64,000 nt of DNA from Adineta vaga (lineage: Eukaryota > Animalia > Rotifera): NCBI GenBank assembly GCA_021613535.1, contig CP075495.1:6882001-6946000 (forward strand), read 5' to 3'. Positions within the stretch are counted from its first letter, which is position 1, and each line of letters opens with the position of its first letter. Positions 13,501 through 27,530 of this stretch are shown one piece after another. The translations under genes and the position numbers were made by a program. The notes under the pieces were generated by a model, which saw only the letters and a list, made by a program, of their open reading frames with translations, did no database searches and was not told the origin of the DNA.

Positions 13501-14171
13501 AAAAATTCATTGATAGATAAATTGTTTGTAGATTGGACATTTTTCATAGGAGATTTTCATAGTATCGATGTCTTTCGTAACCATTAGATTACATCTATTC
13601 AGCTGATGTTTCTATATCTACTTGAGTTCGCAATAAGATGTATGTTGATAAACTTCTTTAAACAATATCTTTCTATTCAGAAAGGTAGTTCTCACATTTC
13701 ATATGCACATCTGGTGCCAGTGGTAAATTTCTATACATATATCTACGTATCATTGTACAAGCTGATGCATACATAGTTGTGTCCAGTTGTTCAACTGTTT
13801 CTCTCCTTTCTCATTCGTTCGTTGATTTTTCTTTTTCTTCTATGTATTATTTCGTTACTTTATAGCTAGAAGCATTACCATCAACGATTCCTCCCAGTCA
13901 ACCATTTATCATCGTGTCCGTTTGGTTATTTGATCCTATTGAGAAAGATTGCGATATAAGAAAGAGAGAAAACCAAAGTTGTCCTTCTTTATGACTGACA
14001 GACAGTCAATCAGACGATAGTTTTGTACAAAATTGATAGAAGAAATAAAAACTATGCTCTAATAAAGGTCATTATTGTCATTTATTCAATATTTGTTATT
14101 TCTTCATTCATTTTGTATCTTTGTGGATTTTTTTATAGATTTATATACTAATATTTGAATCACAAGTATTC

Positions 14172-17100
14172 ATGTCGGATAGAAGTCCAATCGATGATTC
14201 ACATGTGTCATTTGATCAACAACAATTGTCACCAACAGTGACAACTCCAACTAAACAAAAAGCAGTTGATTTCTATGAAAATGGATCATCAAAAGATATG
14301 GATCCATTCGGTAATCATAATGGTAATAATTTAAATACACAAGAATATCATACAAATAATGGTACGCATAAGGATGAACATCACAATGGAACTAATGGGA
14401 ATAAACATGAAGAACATCATGAATATTCTTCGAATAATGATCTCTTTCCGGTGGATACAAATGAAAATTGTAAGATAATATTGATAAAAAAAAAGAAGAA
14501 TTTACGATAATAATTGTTATGATCTATCTTTAAGTACCTTCACATGATTATCATGCTCAACATTATGAATTTTCAACACGTAAAAATGAAGAATCAGCTG
14601 ATTCATCATTAAATCTTCATTCAAATATCAATGGTGGTACAATTGATAGAAACACACTTCTACTTGATTTAGACCCAAACGCACCTTATGTGAATCGTAT
14701 TCACTCAGGTAAAATCATATTGATATGATAATGAAATGACAAATTATTTTAAATTCTTTATAGATACATCGTCACCACATAATAAAAATGATGATTATTC
14801 TCATGATTCTGTTAATTCTATCAATGAACATACAATTAAACATGATCAACAATCAAATGATATCATGGCAACAACACCTAACAAAAACGATATTCATTCA
14901 CCCGTTCAAGATGAACATCATGAAGAAAGTCAATCACTAGTCAAAGAAGATTCGGAAAATGATGTACAATCACCGGTTAAAGAACAACATGATGAACATG
15001 TATCATCACCTATAAGGGAACAGCATACAACAGATATTCATTCACCGGTACAAAGCCTTCCATCACCTGCAATGGAACAACATCAAAACATTCAGTCACC
15101 AATGCAAGAACAACATGAAGATATTCAATCTCCAGTTAAAGAAGACAGTGAAAGTATTCACTCATCTGTAAAAGAAGAACATCATGAAGATTTAATTTCA
15201 CCAGTTGAAGACGATTTTGAACATATTCAATCGCCAATAAGAGAACATCAGGAAGATATACATTCACCAAGCAAAGATGAACATCATGAAAATCTCATCT
15301 CACCTGTACAAGAACAACAAAAGGATATCCAGTCACCTGTGAATGAGCAACATGAAGAAGTTCAATCACCAGTCACAGAACAACAGGATGAGATTGTTGC
15401 GTCACCTGTGAATGAGCAACACGAAGAAGTCCAATCACCAGTCACAGAACAACAGGATGAGATTGTTGCGTCACCTGTGAATGAACAGCACGAAGAAATC
15501 CAATCGCCAGTCAAACAACAACACGATGAAGTTCTTTCATCACCTGTCAATGAGCATCAAGGTAGTGTTTCTTCAGCAGTCGAACAAGACGAAGAACAAC
15601 AACAACAACAACAACAACGTGAGAATTTGACTTCACCAGATGAAGAGCATCACGAAGACATCCATGAACCAGTTAAAGAAAAACATTCGAGTGAAATTCA
15701 GTCACCAACTACGGAACAATCTGAACCGATTTCATCACCAGTTCATGAAGATATAGAACAGGTGGACCATGAAAATATTTCATCGCCTAATGATGAAAAA
15801 TCTGTTCATGAAGATGAAAATCTACTTGAATCATCTGAAACCAACGAAAAACGTTTATATAATGAAGCATGTGAAGAAGTGAACACTGCTGCAAATGATC
15901 TAGCAAGTAAAATTGATCTTGTTACTTCACCATCACCAACAGGTACACCTGGTCAACAACCCTCACCATTATTTCCTAGTGCAGAAGCACAAGTTACATC
16001 ACCAGTGTCAGAAACATCAGCAAAAATTTCTACACCATCGAATGAGGAGACAAAACCATTAGCAACAACAGAAGAGCACGAAGATCTCCAAAAAGTAGCT
16101 TCATCTGTTACTTCACCTAAATTGGATTCGACCTTACCACTTGTTGCTTCGCCAAAAACTCCAACAGCAGCAGCAGCATCAACAACAAAGAAAACAGCAG
16201 GTACTACTAGTGCTACACGATCAGGTGTGGCGACAAAAGCTAAATCATCATCTACAACAGCAACTACTCCTAGTTCAACGAAAACGACAGATCATAAATC
16301 ATCAGCAGCAGCTGCATCATCAAAAACGACAGAACATAAACCAACAGCTGCTGCAACATCGAAAACTACTGAACACAAACCAGCAACTTCAATTGCTAAA
16401 CCTAGTGAAATAAAAGCTCCAACAACAGTTCGCAAACTTCCTCATACAGCACCAACAACTACAACAGTTCTTCATAAGCCAAAAACGACAACAACAACTT
16501 CTCCCTCACAAGAATCATCAACTGCTTCAAAACCAACAGTGAGTATCTCAGTATGTTCAGTATATCAATGTTAATATTTCTTTCTCTAGCGTGATGTTCC
16601 AGCTAAATCTGCAACTTCCACAACAGCAACAGCTGCTAAACCAAAACCAACAGCTACTTCAACAGCAACAACAGCAACAGCGTCTGCAACACGATCAACA
16701 GTAAAACCACCTGCAACAAAACCTACACGACCATCAACAATTCATAAAACTGCAGATACAACCTCTTCTGATCAACAGACAACAACTACGCTTTCTACAG
16801 CACCTGAACATAGTTCAGCAGCAGCAGTAAAAACAAGTACTCGACCACCGCATGCTTCAACTAAACCACCAACAAAACCAGCTTCTAGTGGAGCTACTGG
16901 TATTTCTTCACATTTAACTGCTTCAACAGTTGCATCACGTGCCGCTGCTGCTGCCGCTACTACGAGTAAAACAACTGTTGCAAAAGAACGTCCCACATCT
17001 CATACTCGTACTTCAAGTGAGAAATATTTTCTTCTAATAGAATTAAAAAAAATCATGTATATCTTCTTTAGCCTCTCGACCAGCAACGGCAACTAGTGCA

Positions 17101-19464
17101 TCAACTACAGTTGATTCCAAACGCTCAACAAGTGCTAACCGTCCAACAACCTCTGAAAGTGCTTCACGTCCAGGACGTGAAAGTACAACGGGAACAACGG
17201 TAAGATGAATCAAAGTCTCCCTCTAGTTGGATTTTTTTTTCTTCAAAAACTGAAAATCGATGCATCTCTTGAAATAACTCTTAGTAAAACTAAGATACAT
17301 TCGTAGTAGTTTACTCTATCTCTTCTTCTTTCAACTCGTGTACGACTCATTACAATTTTTGTAAATTCTCTTCACATATGAACATATACATCCTGTTATA
17401 TTCACAATTCAATTCTATTATTCACATGTAACAAATAATACATACGAAAAATAATGATAAAAACAATTTCATTATGAACTTATTATCGATTGGATAGCTT
17501 CATTACTAATGAATCAGACTTTTGAAAATATAGTACTGATTTATCCGTTCTTCATTTCAAACAAAGTCGAATAAAATGTTTCTTATTAACGAATACTACA
17601 TATTATAATAATAAAATCCTTATGAACAAAAACATCAATGTCTATTAACAACGTGTACAAATGGAATTATTCATGCCAAGAAAATAGTGGTAAGAAAAAG
17701 ATAGGCTTTTTTCATTCTGAACATATTTTGCGGAAAACTTTCAAAAATACTAAGAGAGTTTCAAGATTAAAAATACGTAAATAATAAATTAAGTCGATTA
17801 TTCGATTAATATCTTTTAATGATAGAAAAATGTTCAAAATAGCATACATCTCAACTCAAGTCCTATAGATCGAAATAAGTCTTAAACAACAAGTAAAAGA
17901 CAATTCACATAAGTATAAACTCAGACTTGATCTTGTTGGTTATATTTTCTATATTTCTCTAGACAATTAGATGAAAAAAAATTTTTGAAAGCACCAAAAA
18001 TTAACGATTAATTGTTATTGACCGAATTCATCTCGAAAGTCACGTTGGAATCTAAAACATTACTTGAAATTATCTATGACGAGAATTATTTTTCATTTGA
18101 AAATAAACAGAAGGCGCGATAATTAAATAACTTAATTCCCTTGAGATAAAATTAAAAGAAAATAGCTATGAGTCTTAGAAATGATGCTTTGAGAATGAAT
18201 TTAAATCAGATGATGACAATCCAGATATCTAAAGTTATTTGTTAGGAAGAATCTCCTTTTAAAAGAAACATCAGATTATTTTAAATAATTCAACTTCTAT
18301 ATAAAATACTGGTTAAACTTGCTGCACTATCATCTTCGTTACACTTTTCAATTAGTATGTGAAAATGCCTTTTGAAAGACTCGATTGTAATCAGAATGAA
18401 AAGTTGATACATTTAAATTATCTCTTAATGTGTTCTTTACTTTATTTTAGGAACGTACACAATATGCTCTGCTGATCTTTATGGAATAGAAACTTAATTT
18501 ATAATGAGAATAATTTCATTTTGTTCGTAAACGCATAATTAATAAGGTCATCTTTCGCAGTTTGAAAACTGCCCATGGATATATGATTTTATACTATCAA
18601 GCAGACTTTTACTACATATTCATGGTCAATTAGCAATGCTACGAAGATTACGATTATAGTTATTCGCCAGAAAAAAAAACGGTCGCTAAGATGTCTCCGA
18701 AATTGTAACTAAAATAAATTTGAGTTTTATACATTTGTTGCCATCGTCGAATTGATGTAATGAGTCGTACACACACCTCTCATATTTTCTTTTGTTTCTT
18801 ACTCAATTCATTTTCGTCGATAATCAAAATTAAGTTTTCTTAATATTTCTTGTTTCAGGTTGCTAATGCAAAACCACAATGGAATTCGGGAACATCCAAA
18901 GCTCATTCACTTCAAAGTGCAACACATAAACCAACTGCTAGTAACGCAAAGGTGATTAATGAAAAGAAACATGAGAATCCTCTAGATAAACTAATAACAA
19001 TCTATCTTTTTCACTTGAGATTCATCTTTCATGATTTGAAAGTTTTCAAGGGAACCATAATATATAAAAAGATTTCCATGCACTATTGTATCATTGATAG
19101 AAATCTTGTTAATTTATTTTCATAGGTTCCAACTCAAAAATTACAATGGAACGCTAAATCTAAAGTAGGTTCGCTCGATAATGCTCAACATAAATCAAGT
19201 GGTAGTAGTGCCACCAAAGTATGTTTTCAATAGATATATATTATATTTTTCTGATATGTCCTCTTTTATCTACAGACTGACACGAAAAAAGTTGATTCCA
19301 AAGATAAGACTAAATCTAAAACTGACATAGCTGCTCAAGAAACAATGATGACAGGTAGTGATGAAACAAGTATAACAGTTAATGAAGATCATCATCCAAA
19401 CACTACTACTGAAGTATCTCATGAAATGATGGAATCTGGAAAGCAAGAAGACGGTGATCAATAA
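14172..19464 (+). CDS. Tau/MAP2/MAP4-like microtubule-associated protein
   Basis: Exons ~14172-14469, 14535-14708, 14764-16538, 16590-17016, 17072-17199, 18859-18951, 19126-19218, 19276-19464. Acidic SP-repeat projection region, then a basic T/A/K/P-rich region, then tau-type repeats QWNSGTSKAHSLQSATHKP and LQWNAKSKVGSLDNAQHK. A probable non-coding 5' exon ends at ~12625. Confidence 0.75.
14880..15790 (+). repeat. Coding tandem repeat (~11-12 aa units ending in SPV/SPI), including a recent ~69-nt duplication
   Basis: Units such as EQHEEVQSPV-TEQQDEIVASPVN; the 23-aa block is duplicated nearly exactly at ~15332-15480. Confidence 0.85.
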
Positions 19465-21096
19465 ATAAGGTGATTTAGGAGAGATAACTAATCAATTTCT
19501 AGAATTTCATTCTTTCTTCTCAATATTTAATCTTTCATCGTCTATAAAAAAATATAATAATAAATCAATATCAATCAAAGTTTCTTTCTCAATCATTCGC
19601 TTTCTCTTTTGGCTTACTCTTCTGTTTATCATTGTGCTTTACTATACATATATACATTTACATCAACTATTGTCTTGTTTATTAATCCATACACATATGC
19701 GTAACATTATTGATGAAACAAACTTAAATGTTCTTTTAGAGCTAGTCTCGCTTCTTTTGACTTCTTCTTCTTCTTCTTCTTTTTTCTTCTTTTTGTATCA
19801 TGATCAATACATATATACATTTCTTTCTCTCTTACTTCATGCGTGTTTGTTGATTGTTAACTTAACAAAAACAAAAAAAAGAAAACATAAGAATGCTTTT
19901 TTCTGTTCGTCTTGTGTGAAAATAATTGTTCTTGACAGAATATGTGCATTATATCATTTCTCTTTCAATACATTTGCACATTCTCATTAATTATTCAATT
20001 CTGATCTTCTCATTTTTATTTCTATTTCGATATACTTCAAACTTAGAAAATTTGTAGCATATCCAATTCTGAACTCTTGTAACCAGAATTGGTTGTATCT
20101 TCAAAGCATAAGAACCAACGATGATACATATACTGGGAAAAAATAAATATCGCATGTTTCGAATAAGAGACAAAGCGTATGTTATTGCTATTGATTCTCT
20201 GAATATTCAAATTATCAAGAAATAAACTATAGATCATCTCCATGATAAGTCAAGACAATATAAAAGTCAAGCTACTTATACTTACTCTATTCGTAATCGG
20301 ATAGAAGAGAAATGATTGATTTTTTAATAGTAAACAATACATTATCGAAAATAGAACAATAGAGATTGAATTATACGATATTTTATTCAAGGTGACTGAC
20401 ATCCCATCATCCTTGAATAATATATGTAAGTGAAAACATATTTTGGCGCAATGATGTCGCTGATAATCATAAAATAAATTCTAACTGCCATCTATAGAAT
20501 TGCATCATTGGTGATAAAAATTTATTATTTGTTTGTTCGTTTACGTTCATTCAATCTCAATCTCAATATAATATTGTTATAAAAACAGAAAGTTTTTATT
20601 TTTTTATTTTCCAAATTCGATTGATTTTTTTAGTTTTTAGATAACTGAAAATTTTTTCAATGTTTCAAGTAAGAATCTTCTTATTTTCTTTAATGAGAAA
20701 TGTCATTTACATAAGAATAATTCCAGTTTTTTTCTATTTGAGTATCTTCTTATACACTTTCATGCATAATTAAGTGAACGAGTGAACATAGACGAAAGGG
20801 ATCATCATTATTTTGTCGTCTTTTGTTTACTATAGACAATAAAAACAACTATTAGCATTTATCTTCTATCTGTATCGTTTTTCGTTTATTTATTCATTTG
20901 TCTCGCTTTTGCGACGACTACATATTTTCATAATAAATAGATCGTCATCGATAGATTAACTCTAAATTGTCCTTCGAATAGAATAGAAGAAGAGAAAATA
21001 ATTGAAACATTGAGATTCGAAAAAGAACGAATGTATTTTACGAAATATTGTATTTGTTTATATCGTATATTTCAAACTTTTTCATCTTAATACAAT

Positions 21097-22426
21097 ATGT
21101 GCAAGTAAGATAAACATTTTGTGTTCTTTTTCTTTTGAGAAAAATATTGGCAGTCAAGTAGAATGAATATGATCGTTGTTTGTTATATTTAACTAGAAAA
21201 TTGTGGAATTGGTTATTTGCTCTGCTGATTTCTATCCAACGAATATATGGACATGGTCGAATGGAAGAACCACCAGCTCGAAATGCTGCATGGCGTTATG
21301 GTAACTAGTTAATTCGATATAATGAATTAGAAAAATAATTATATCTTTCTAGGTTTTGTTGTTCCTGCGAATTATGATGATGTAGGTTTAAATTGCGGTG
21401 GATTAGGTGTTCAAAAAAGAAATGGTACATATACATGTTCTTATTAATACACGCAAGCATATTTATGTTTAGGAGGTAAATGTGGTGTTTGCGGTGATTC
21501 TTATACAGGTCCACGAAATCATGAAGTGGGTGGTAAATATGCAACGAATACAATTGTACGACATTATATGTCAGGTACATTGATTGATATAAAAGTTTTG
21601 GTAACGAAAACAATGACAATTTACTTTACATATATTTTCATCAATGAATTTTTTTTCATGACTAGTTATCAGCAAATCATAATGGTTATATGGAATTTCG
21701 TTTATGTCCAGCATTAGATTCGACTATTGAAGTTACACAAGAATGTTTAAATCAAAATTTATTACATATTGATGGATTCGGTACACAATATCCTATTAGT
21801 CAAGGAATGGATTTAATCTTTTTACGGTAATAAAATCGAACTGATATGCAGACATCAACGGATTATAATTCAATTCTTTTTTACATTAGTGCTCAATTGC
21901 CACGTGGTTTATCATGTGCAAGATGTGTATTACAATGGCGCTATCATGCGGGCAATAATTGGGGCAAAGATAGTGAAACTGGACAAACATGTCTTGGTTG
22001 TGGTCCTCAAGAAGAATTTTACAAGTAAAATCTGTTTTTAGTTCTTTCTAGTTTTGTAATTTTTATTTTCATAGTTGTGCTGATATTGGAATAACCTCAA
22101 AAGATAATAGTTTTGTTGCATCACGTTCGACAACTATTCGACCAAATCTTTCATTGATTCATCCTATAATTTTTCCACTTATTCTCGCACCATCATCAAT
22201 CACTATCCATCGAAAAAGAACAACAACAACAACTGAATTAGACAAATCGATATTGTCCGTATATTCATCAAAAGATCTGCGAAATGGAATCAATCAAATG
22301 AAGAAGTCTGTTCACTGTTATCCAACCAATGAAGTACTGAAACCGTTGCTTGGTATCGAAAATTGGTGTTTACAATTATGCATTAGAGATTGTCCTCCGA
22401 CTTTATGTGTTTGTGTCGAAATATAA
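21097..22426 (+). CDS. Lytic polysaccharide monooxygenase, AA15-type, with C-terminal Cys-rich module
   Basis: Exons ~21097-21104, 21197-21300, 21353-21424, 21473-21600, 21667-21826, 21890-22024, 22075-22426. Signal peptide MCKKLWNWLFALLISIQRIYG, then His1 in HGRMEEPPARN; LNCGG, CGVCGD, SANHNG (second His), CVLQWRYHAGNNWG, CGPQEEFYNCADI. Confidence 0.9.
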
Positions 22427-22600
22427 AACTATTTCTTGTATTAAAGACAAACTAAAATAAAAGTTTTTGTTCGTTTTCTTTTGTCTATGTTTATTTCAAT
22501 ATTTATTGTTAAACTGAATTGTATAGAAGAAAAAAAAGACAACAAACAAAACACATAATCTTTTCTCTTCTTGATTTCAGAAAAGAGACTTTATCTTAAT

Positions 22601-24481
22601 ATGGTCGATATTTCTACTTCTCCTAATGAAAAAATGAGCATCCATAAAGTGGTTAATCAAAACGATGTAAGCATTATTTGTTGTGTTGTTGTTATTTTTT
22701 GACTTGATCGAACGCTATCTAATTATTTATTATTTTCTCGTTGTCTATCAGGCAGAAGAAAGACTTAAAACACGTATTAAATATCGATGTTTGATGAGTG
22801 GTTTATACAGTGAGTTTTTTCTTTTTTATTCATTTGCGTTTGCATGAAAAAAAAAGTTAGCATTAATAACAATCTTATTTACATCTGTTTCCGCAATCGA
22901 GGGTGACAACGATGATGATAATAATTATATTTACCAGAGTATTACAATAAAATATCTTTCCGCATGTACTTGCATGATGAGAAAAGCTAAAATTATGATT
23001 TTTTTTTAGTATCACATAAGAAGGAATGATATGACTGACATGTTGACCTTCACTTTCTTTTTCTTTTGCATTCCACGTCTAGCCGATTTGCTTGAAGAAG
23101 AAAAACTGGCGGACTAAATTTTAACTATCTAACTTTACATATATTTATAATGCACTTTAAACTTTCAATCTATTCTATTCTTCTTAGTTGATAAACCTGA
23201 ATTAATCATACCAGAAGATAGACAATTATTCACTCGATTACGTCATTGTAATAAATTATTCGAAGATGGTAAGCATCGTTTTTTCTTTTATTAAAATTCT
23301 ATTCAATTCATTATATCTTTTGATTTAGTACGAACTCCACGAGAAGGTGTTATTGATGCAGGTAGACATTTCCTTTATCCATCGTTTTTCATCTGTAAAC
23401 TTCTCGTTTTAGTTACATTAAAAACAATTTGTTCATTGGCTCGTATACAAACAATTGCTATTGATAAAGAAAGTACAACAAAAGAAGGATTTCGATTAAT
23501 GCGAAAATGTGTTAGTAAATTTTCACGCAGAAAAAAAATGAGAAAAATATGTCGTTGTTTTAAAGGCAAAAATTTTCCAAAATTATTTAGCAGATAGTGA
23601 TGACATTGCTGCTGAATTCTATCATGAATTTTGTCATTGTCATAAAGCTGTTGGTACAATGAATTTCATGTAAGAAAACAAATGTATTTGTCTTGATTAA
23701 TAATATTCAAGAATAAAACAATAGGGCCGGTCGTTTACCAACATTATGGTTTGAAAAACGTCGTTTAGAAAAATCATTTATGACACCAAGAACTCGTCGA
23801 ATCAAAGAAATTATTGATTCATCTCAACATACTCAAATTAAACTAGTAATAGACTACAGAATAAAGTGAAAGAGTAGTACAACTGTCTGTTGATTTAGAT
23901 TACAAAAATGTCATCCGAAGGTGAACAAACATCGAAAGAAATTATTCGAATCAATCGTTATCTGGAAGAAGCTTATGAAAATAATAATAGTTTGTATAGC
24001 TCAATTTAGATTTTTCAATTGATTTTATTTCCTTCTTTTTGTTAACAGATCAACCAGTTAGTTTCTTTATGTTTACAATTCATCCAACACTCTTTTCTCG
24101 TTCAGTAGAAAATATTTTTCACGTCTCATTTCTTATTAAAGTAAACAGTTATTTAAAAAGACAACGTTTAGATATTAATTCTTTATGTTTTTTTTCTCTA
24201 GGAAGGAAAAGCAGAATTATTTTTAGATGATAATCAATTACCTGTTTTACGTAAATCAAAGTTCATATTTCAAACCTAAGAAAAAATTGATCTGTTAATT
24301 TGTAGGTCCATTGTATACGTCCGATTCTCAAAATACTATTAAAATGGATGTTGATAGTTCATCATCAAATCATAAATCTGAACAAATTCATTCTTTAACT
24401 CAATTAGTCTTATCATTAGATATGGAACAATGGGAAAATTTAGTTCAAGTATTTGATATTCAAAAACCGATAATTATATAA
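22601..24481 (+). CDS. NSMCE4: Non-SMC element 4 (Nse4/EID3 family kleisin of the SMC5/6 complex)
   Basis: About 11 small exons, mostly missed by the ORF track. Spliced product has RLKTRIKYRCL, LFEDVRTPREGVIDA (Nse4 N-terminal motif), [46 protein letters not shown] (Nse4_C motif) and LSLDMEQWENLVQVFDIQKPII. Confidence 0.85.
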
Positions 24482-24676
24482 GAGAATTAATATTCTAGTC
24501 AATCATGAACATTTTTTCTATTTTTTTGTTTTTGTTTTTGTTGTTATTTGTCTTTCTATGTCAGATCTCTCTTACTTCTTCCAATCATGAATAGTAATTA
24601 GGAATGAAAAATTCTCTTTTTATAAGTTCTTATTTGTTTGTTTATTTCTTTCTCTCTTTCTCTACTTTAGATAAAC

Positions 24677-27203
24677 ATGTCAGCCGGTATTATGCCTGAT
24701 ATATACCGGCATACGGCTCGTAAAAGTACTGTAACGAAAACATTGAAATCATCAACAAATGTTCCTCTATGTAATCCTTCATCAACACACTATGCAATTT
24801 ATAATAATAATGATAATGAAACTCAACAAGAACCTATCTTTGATGCAATTCAATGTAATATTAAATTAGAAGAAGATATTCCACAACAACAAGAGACATT
24901 TCTTATTATACCTGATAATGAAATAGAACAAATAATTATTGAAGAAGAACAGAGTCATATCGATGAAGATGTTCTTTTTGATATTATGGAACAAATGTTA
25001 AATCTAATCACTCAATCTTCAATGGATGTGATCCAGTCGAATAGTACTCAGGTAAATTTTATCCATCTAAAATATTCGATATAGTTTTTCCGAAACTATT
25101 TTATCTATTTAGATACAAAGAACTTTTTCATTAGATACTCAGGATGTCCACAATGTATTAGATTCACTAATGGATCAAGTCCATGAGAATGATAATACAG
25201 ATCGTATGTTTTGTATATGAGGAAAATTTAATCATTTACTTTTTCCATTCTAGTTTTACCTTCAATAGGTACTGAACGAACAGAAGTTGATGTACATACC
25301 AGTGTAGATGAACAAACACCAATGGAATGTGGTGAACAAATATCGACTACTACACGACCACAAACTGATGATGATATTGTAGAAATTAAAAGTAGGTCAA
25401 AATTCTCGTATATATATGAATAATGTTTTCGAAGATTGATGAAAATGTATATTTTGTATTCATTATGAAAAACTTAAGATTTCATTCGCTGAATTTACAA
25501 GAATTTAACAAGATCATATTATGGAATGAATACATGACATCATACTTTGAAATTTTTCTGCTTCTTCTTAAATCTAATTGAATCAAATGATATATTAACA
25601 AATTAAATTTTTATAAAACATATTTTAGTACCATTAAATGAACATCATTCTCAGTCGTGTACATGTCACTGTCATAAGCCAGTATCACCTCACAACGATG
25701 ATTATCTTCTATTCGAACAAGCATTAAAACAAACTCGACAAGAACAACAACAACAAAAATTACTTAATAGCAATTGTCTTATTCAAACATTAAAACGACA
25801 ACATGAAGAATTAATAAATCTTTATCAACAGAATAAAAATCAGAAATCCTTCAGTCCTACTAAAATTGATCGAGAACAACAAACATTAAAATTAAATGTA
25901 CATGATTCTCAGATGCAAACTGATGTTGTATCGACGAACAATAGTAAAGCTTCAGTGCAACAAAAATCAATGATTACATCGACGATGACTTCGCAAACAA
26001 CAAACAATAATCATATTACACAACTAGCTATACGAAATTATAGTACAGCGCATGATTCAACTCCCGGATCATCTAATTCAACTTTACCACACCTCACACC
26101 TCGCTTATCAGCAAATACAACATCAACGACAACAACAGTTACGAATAAAAAATCAACTATCACTAGAAAACTGCAATCGTTACAAATGGTCAATCAAGCA
26201 TTCCCCTACTTCCTCCACCACCTCGATTATTAACAACAACTACTTCTGCCAACACATCTCATGATATTGTTGATTTAACAGAAGAAGATGAAGATGATAC
26301 TACGAGTCGAGTACCAACTCAACGAACTGCACCTATGAGACAGGTTCGAAAAAAATGTTTTCTTTTTTGTTCTTTTCATTTTCAAAGTTCTTTTGTTATC
26401 ATTAGTCGACATCAGCTACTCATCTTCCGACAACATCAGCAACAGCGACAACTACGGCTACTCGTATTCGTGAGTTTTAATTACTGATAATGCTCAAAAT
26501 AGAAGATTTGTCTTTTAGGACCAATCAATCGTGCTATTCGTCCAAATAATACGACTACAAACGGACAGGTAAACGAATAGAAAGAAATGAAATGATATAT
26601 TCGTTATCAGTTTCGTAATGTGTTAGTTTCAAATTACATCATATTAATCGAATGAATACAAAAAGAAAAAAAGATTTACTTATTCAGAAGAGAAATATGT
26701 TATTAACATCGGCAACCAATAAAATCTCTCTTTTCATTTTCCCTTAGACATTTCCTTTACGTCCATTACCTGAACATGTTCCATGTGATCATAGTATTGC
26801 TCGACCACAATTAGGTATTACACAAGAGAATGCAACAGTACGTTTGACATGGAATCTACCATTGACACCAATGGAATCAATTCAAAACTATGAAATCTTT
26901 GCCTATAAACAAAATGCCACAGTCACAACATCCGATTGGAAAAAAGTATGTAGTTTCTTCCACATATGATTATAGTTTGTCATGGTCATTTTATTTTAGA
27001 TTGGTACAGTTAAATCTATGCGTTTACCCATGGCTGTAACATTAAAAGAATTTCAATCCAATAGTCACTATGCTTTTGCTGTTCGAGCTGTATCTATAAC
27101 TAATACGACTGGTCCATTTTGTGAACCAAGAACAATCTTTACGGGAAATACACCTGTTCAACCACTGCATACAAGTCAATTATTAAATGTTCCAATATCA
27201 TAA
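24677..27203 (+). CDS. ATF7IP: ATF7IP/MCAF1/Windei-like SETDB1 cofactor
   Basis: Multi-exon gene. Acidic N-terminus, coiled-coil segment, SIM-like DIVDLTEEDEDD, and C-terminal FN3 domain VRLTWN...YEIFAYKQ...[34 protein letters not shown]...GPFCEP, characteristic of ATF7IP. Confidence 0.85.
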
Positions 27204-27241
27204 CAATCGTTCTATTCTTAACCTTCTCGATCAAAACATTC

Positions 27242-27262
27242 TATATATATATATATATATAT
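27242..27262. repeat. (TA)n microsatellite
   Basis: About 10 TA units downstream of the ATF7IP stop. Confidence 0.9.
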
Positions 27263-27530
27263 AAATATATTATGTGCGTTTGTAAATAACGTAAACACTC
27301 GTTTAACTATGTCTTTAAGCGTTAGTGTTTTCTCTTTTTTTTGACGTATTCTTATTTCTTGTCAGTTTGTTTTTCTTTTGTTATTGTGCTTTCTATGCAC
27401 AAATACTTATGATGAAAACAAAATAACTATTCTTTTCTCTTTTTCTTCTTCTTTTGTTCGTGTATTTGATGATGATGTGAAAAGAAATGACATAATAGTG
27501 TTCCTTTTTTTTTTCTTTCACAGATATGTA

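Noticed and set aside
15332-15480. Regularly spaced direct repeats (CRISPR-like or satellite)
   Set aside because: They are in-frame coding repeats in a eukaryotic exon, with no unique spacers and no cas genes.
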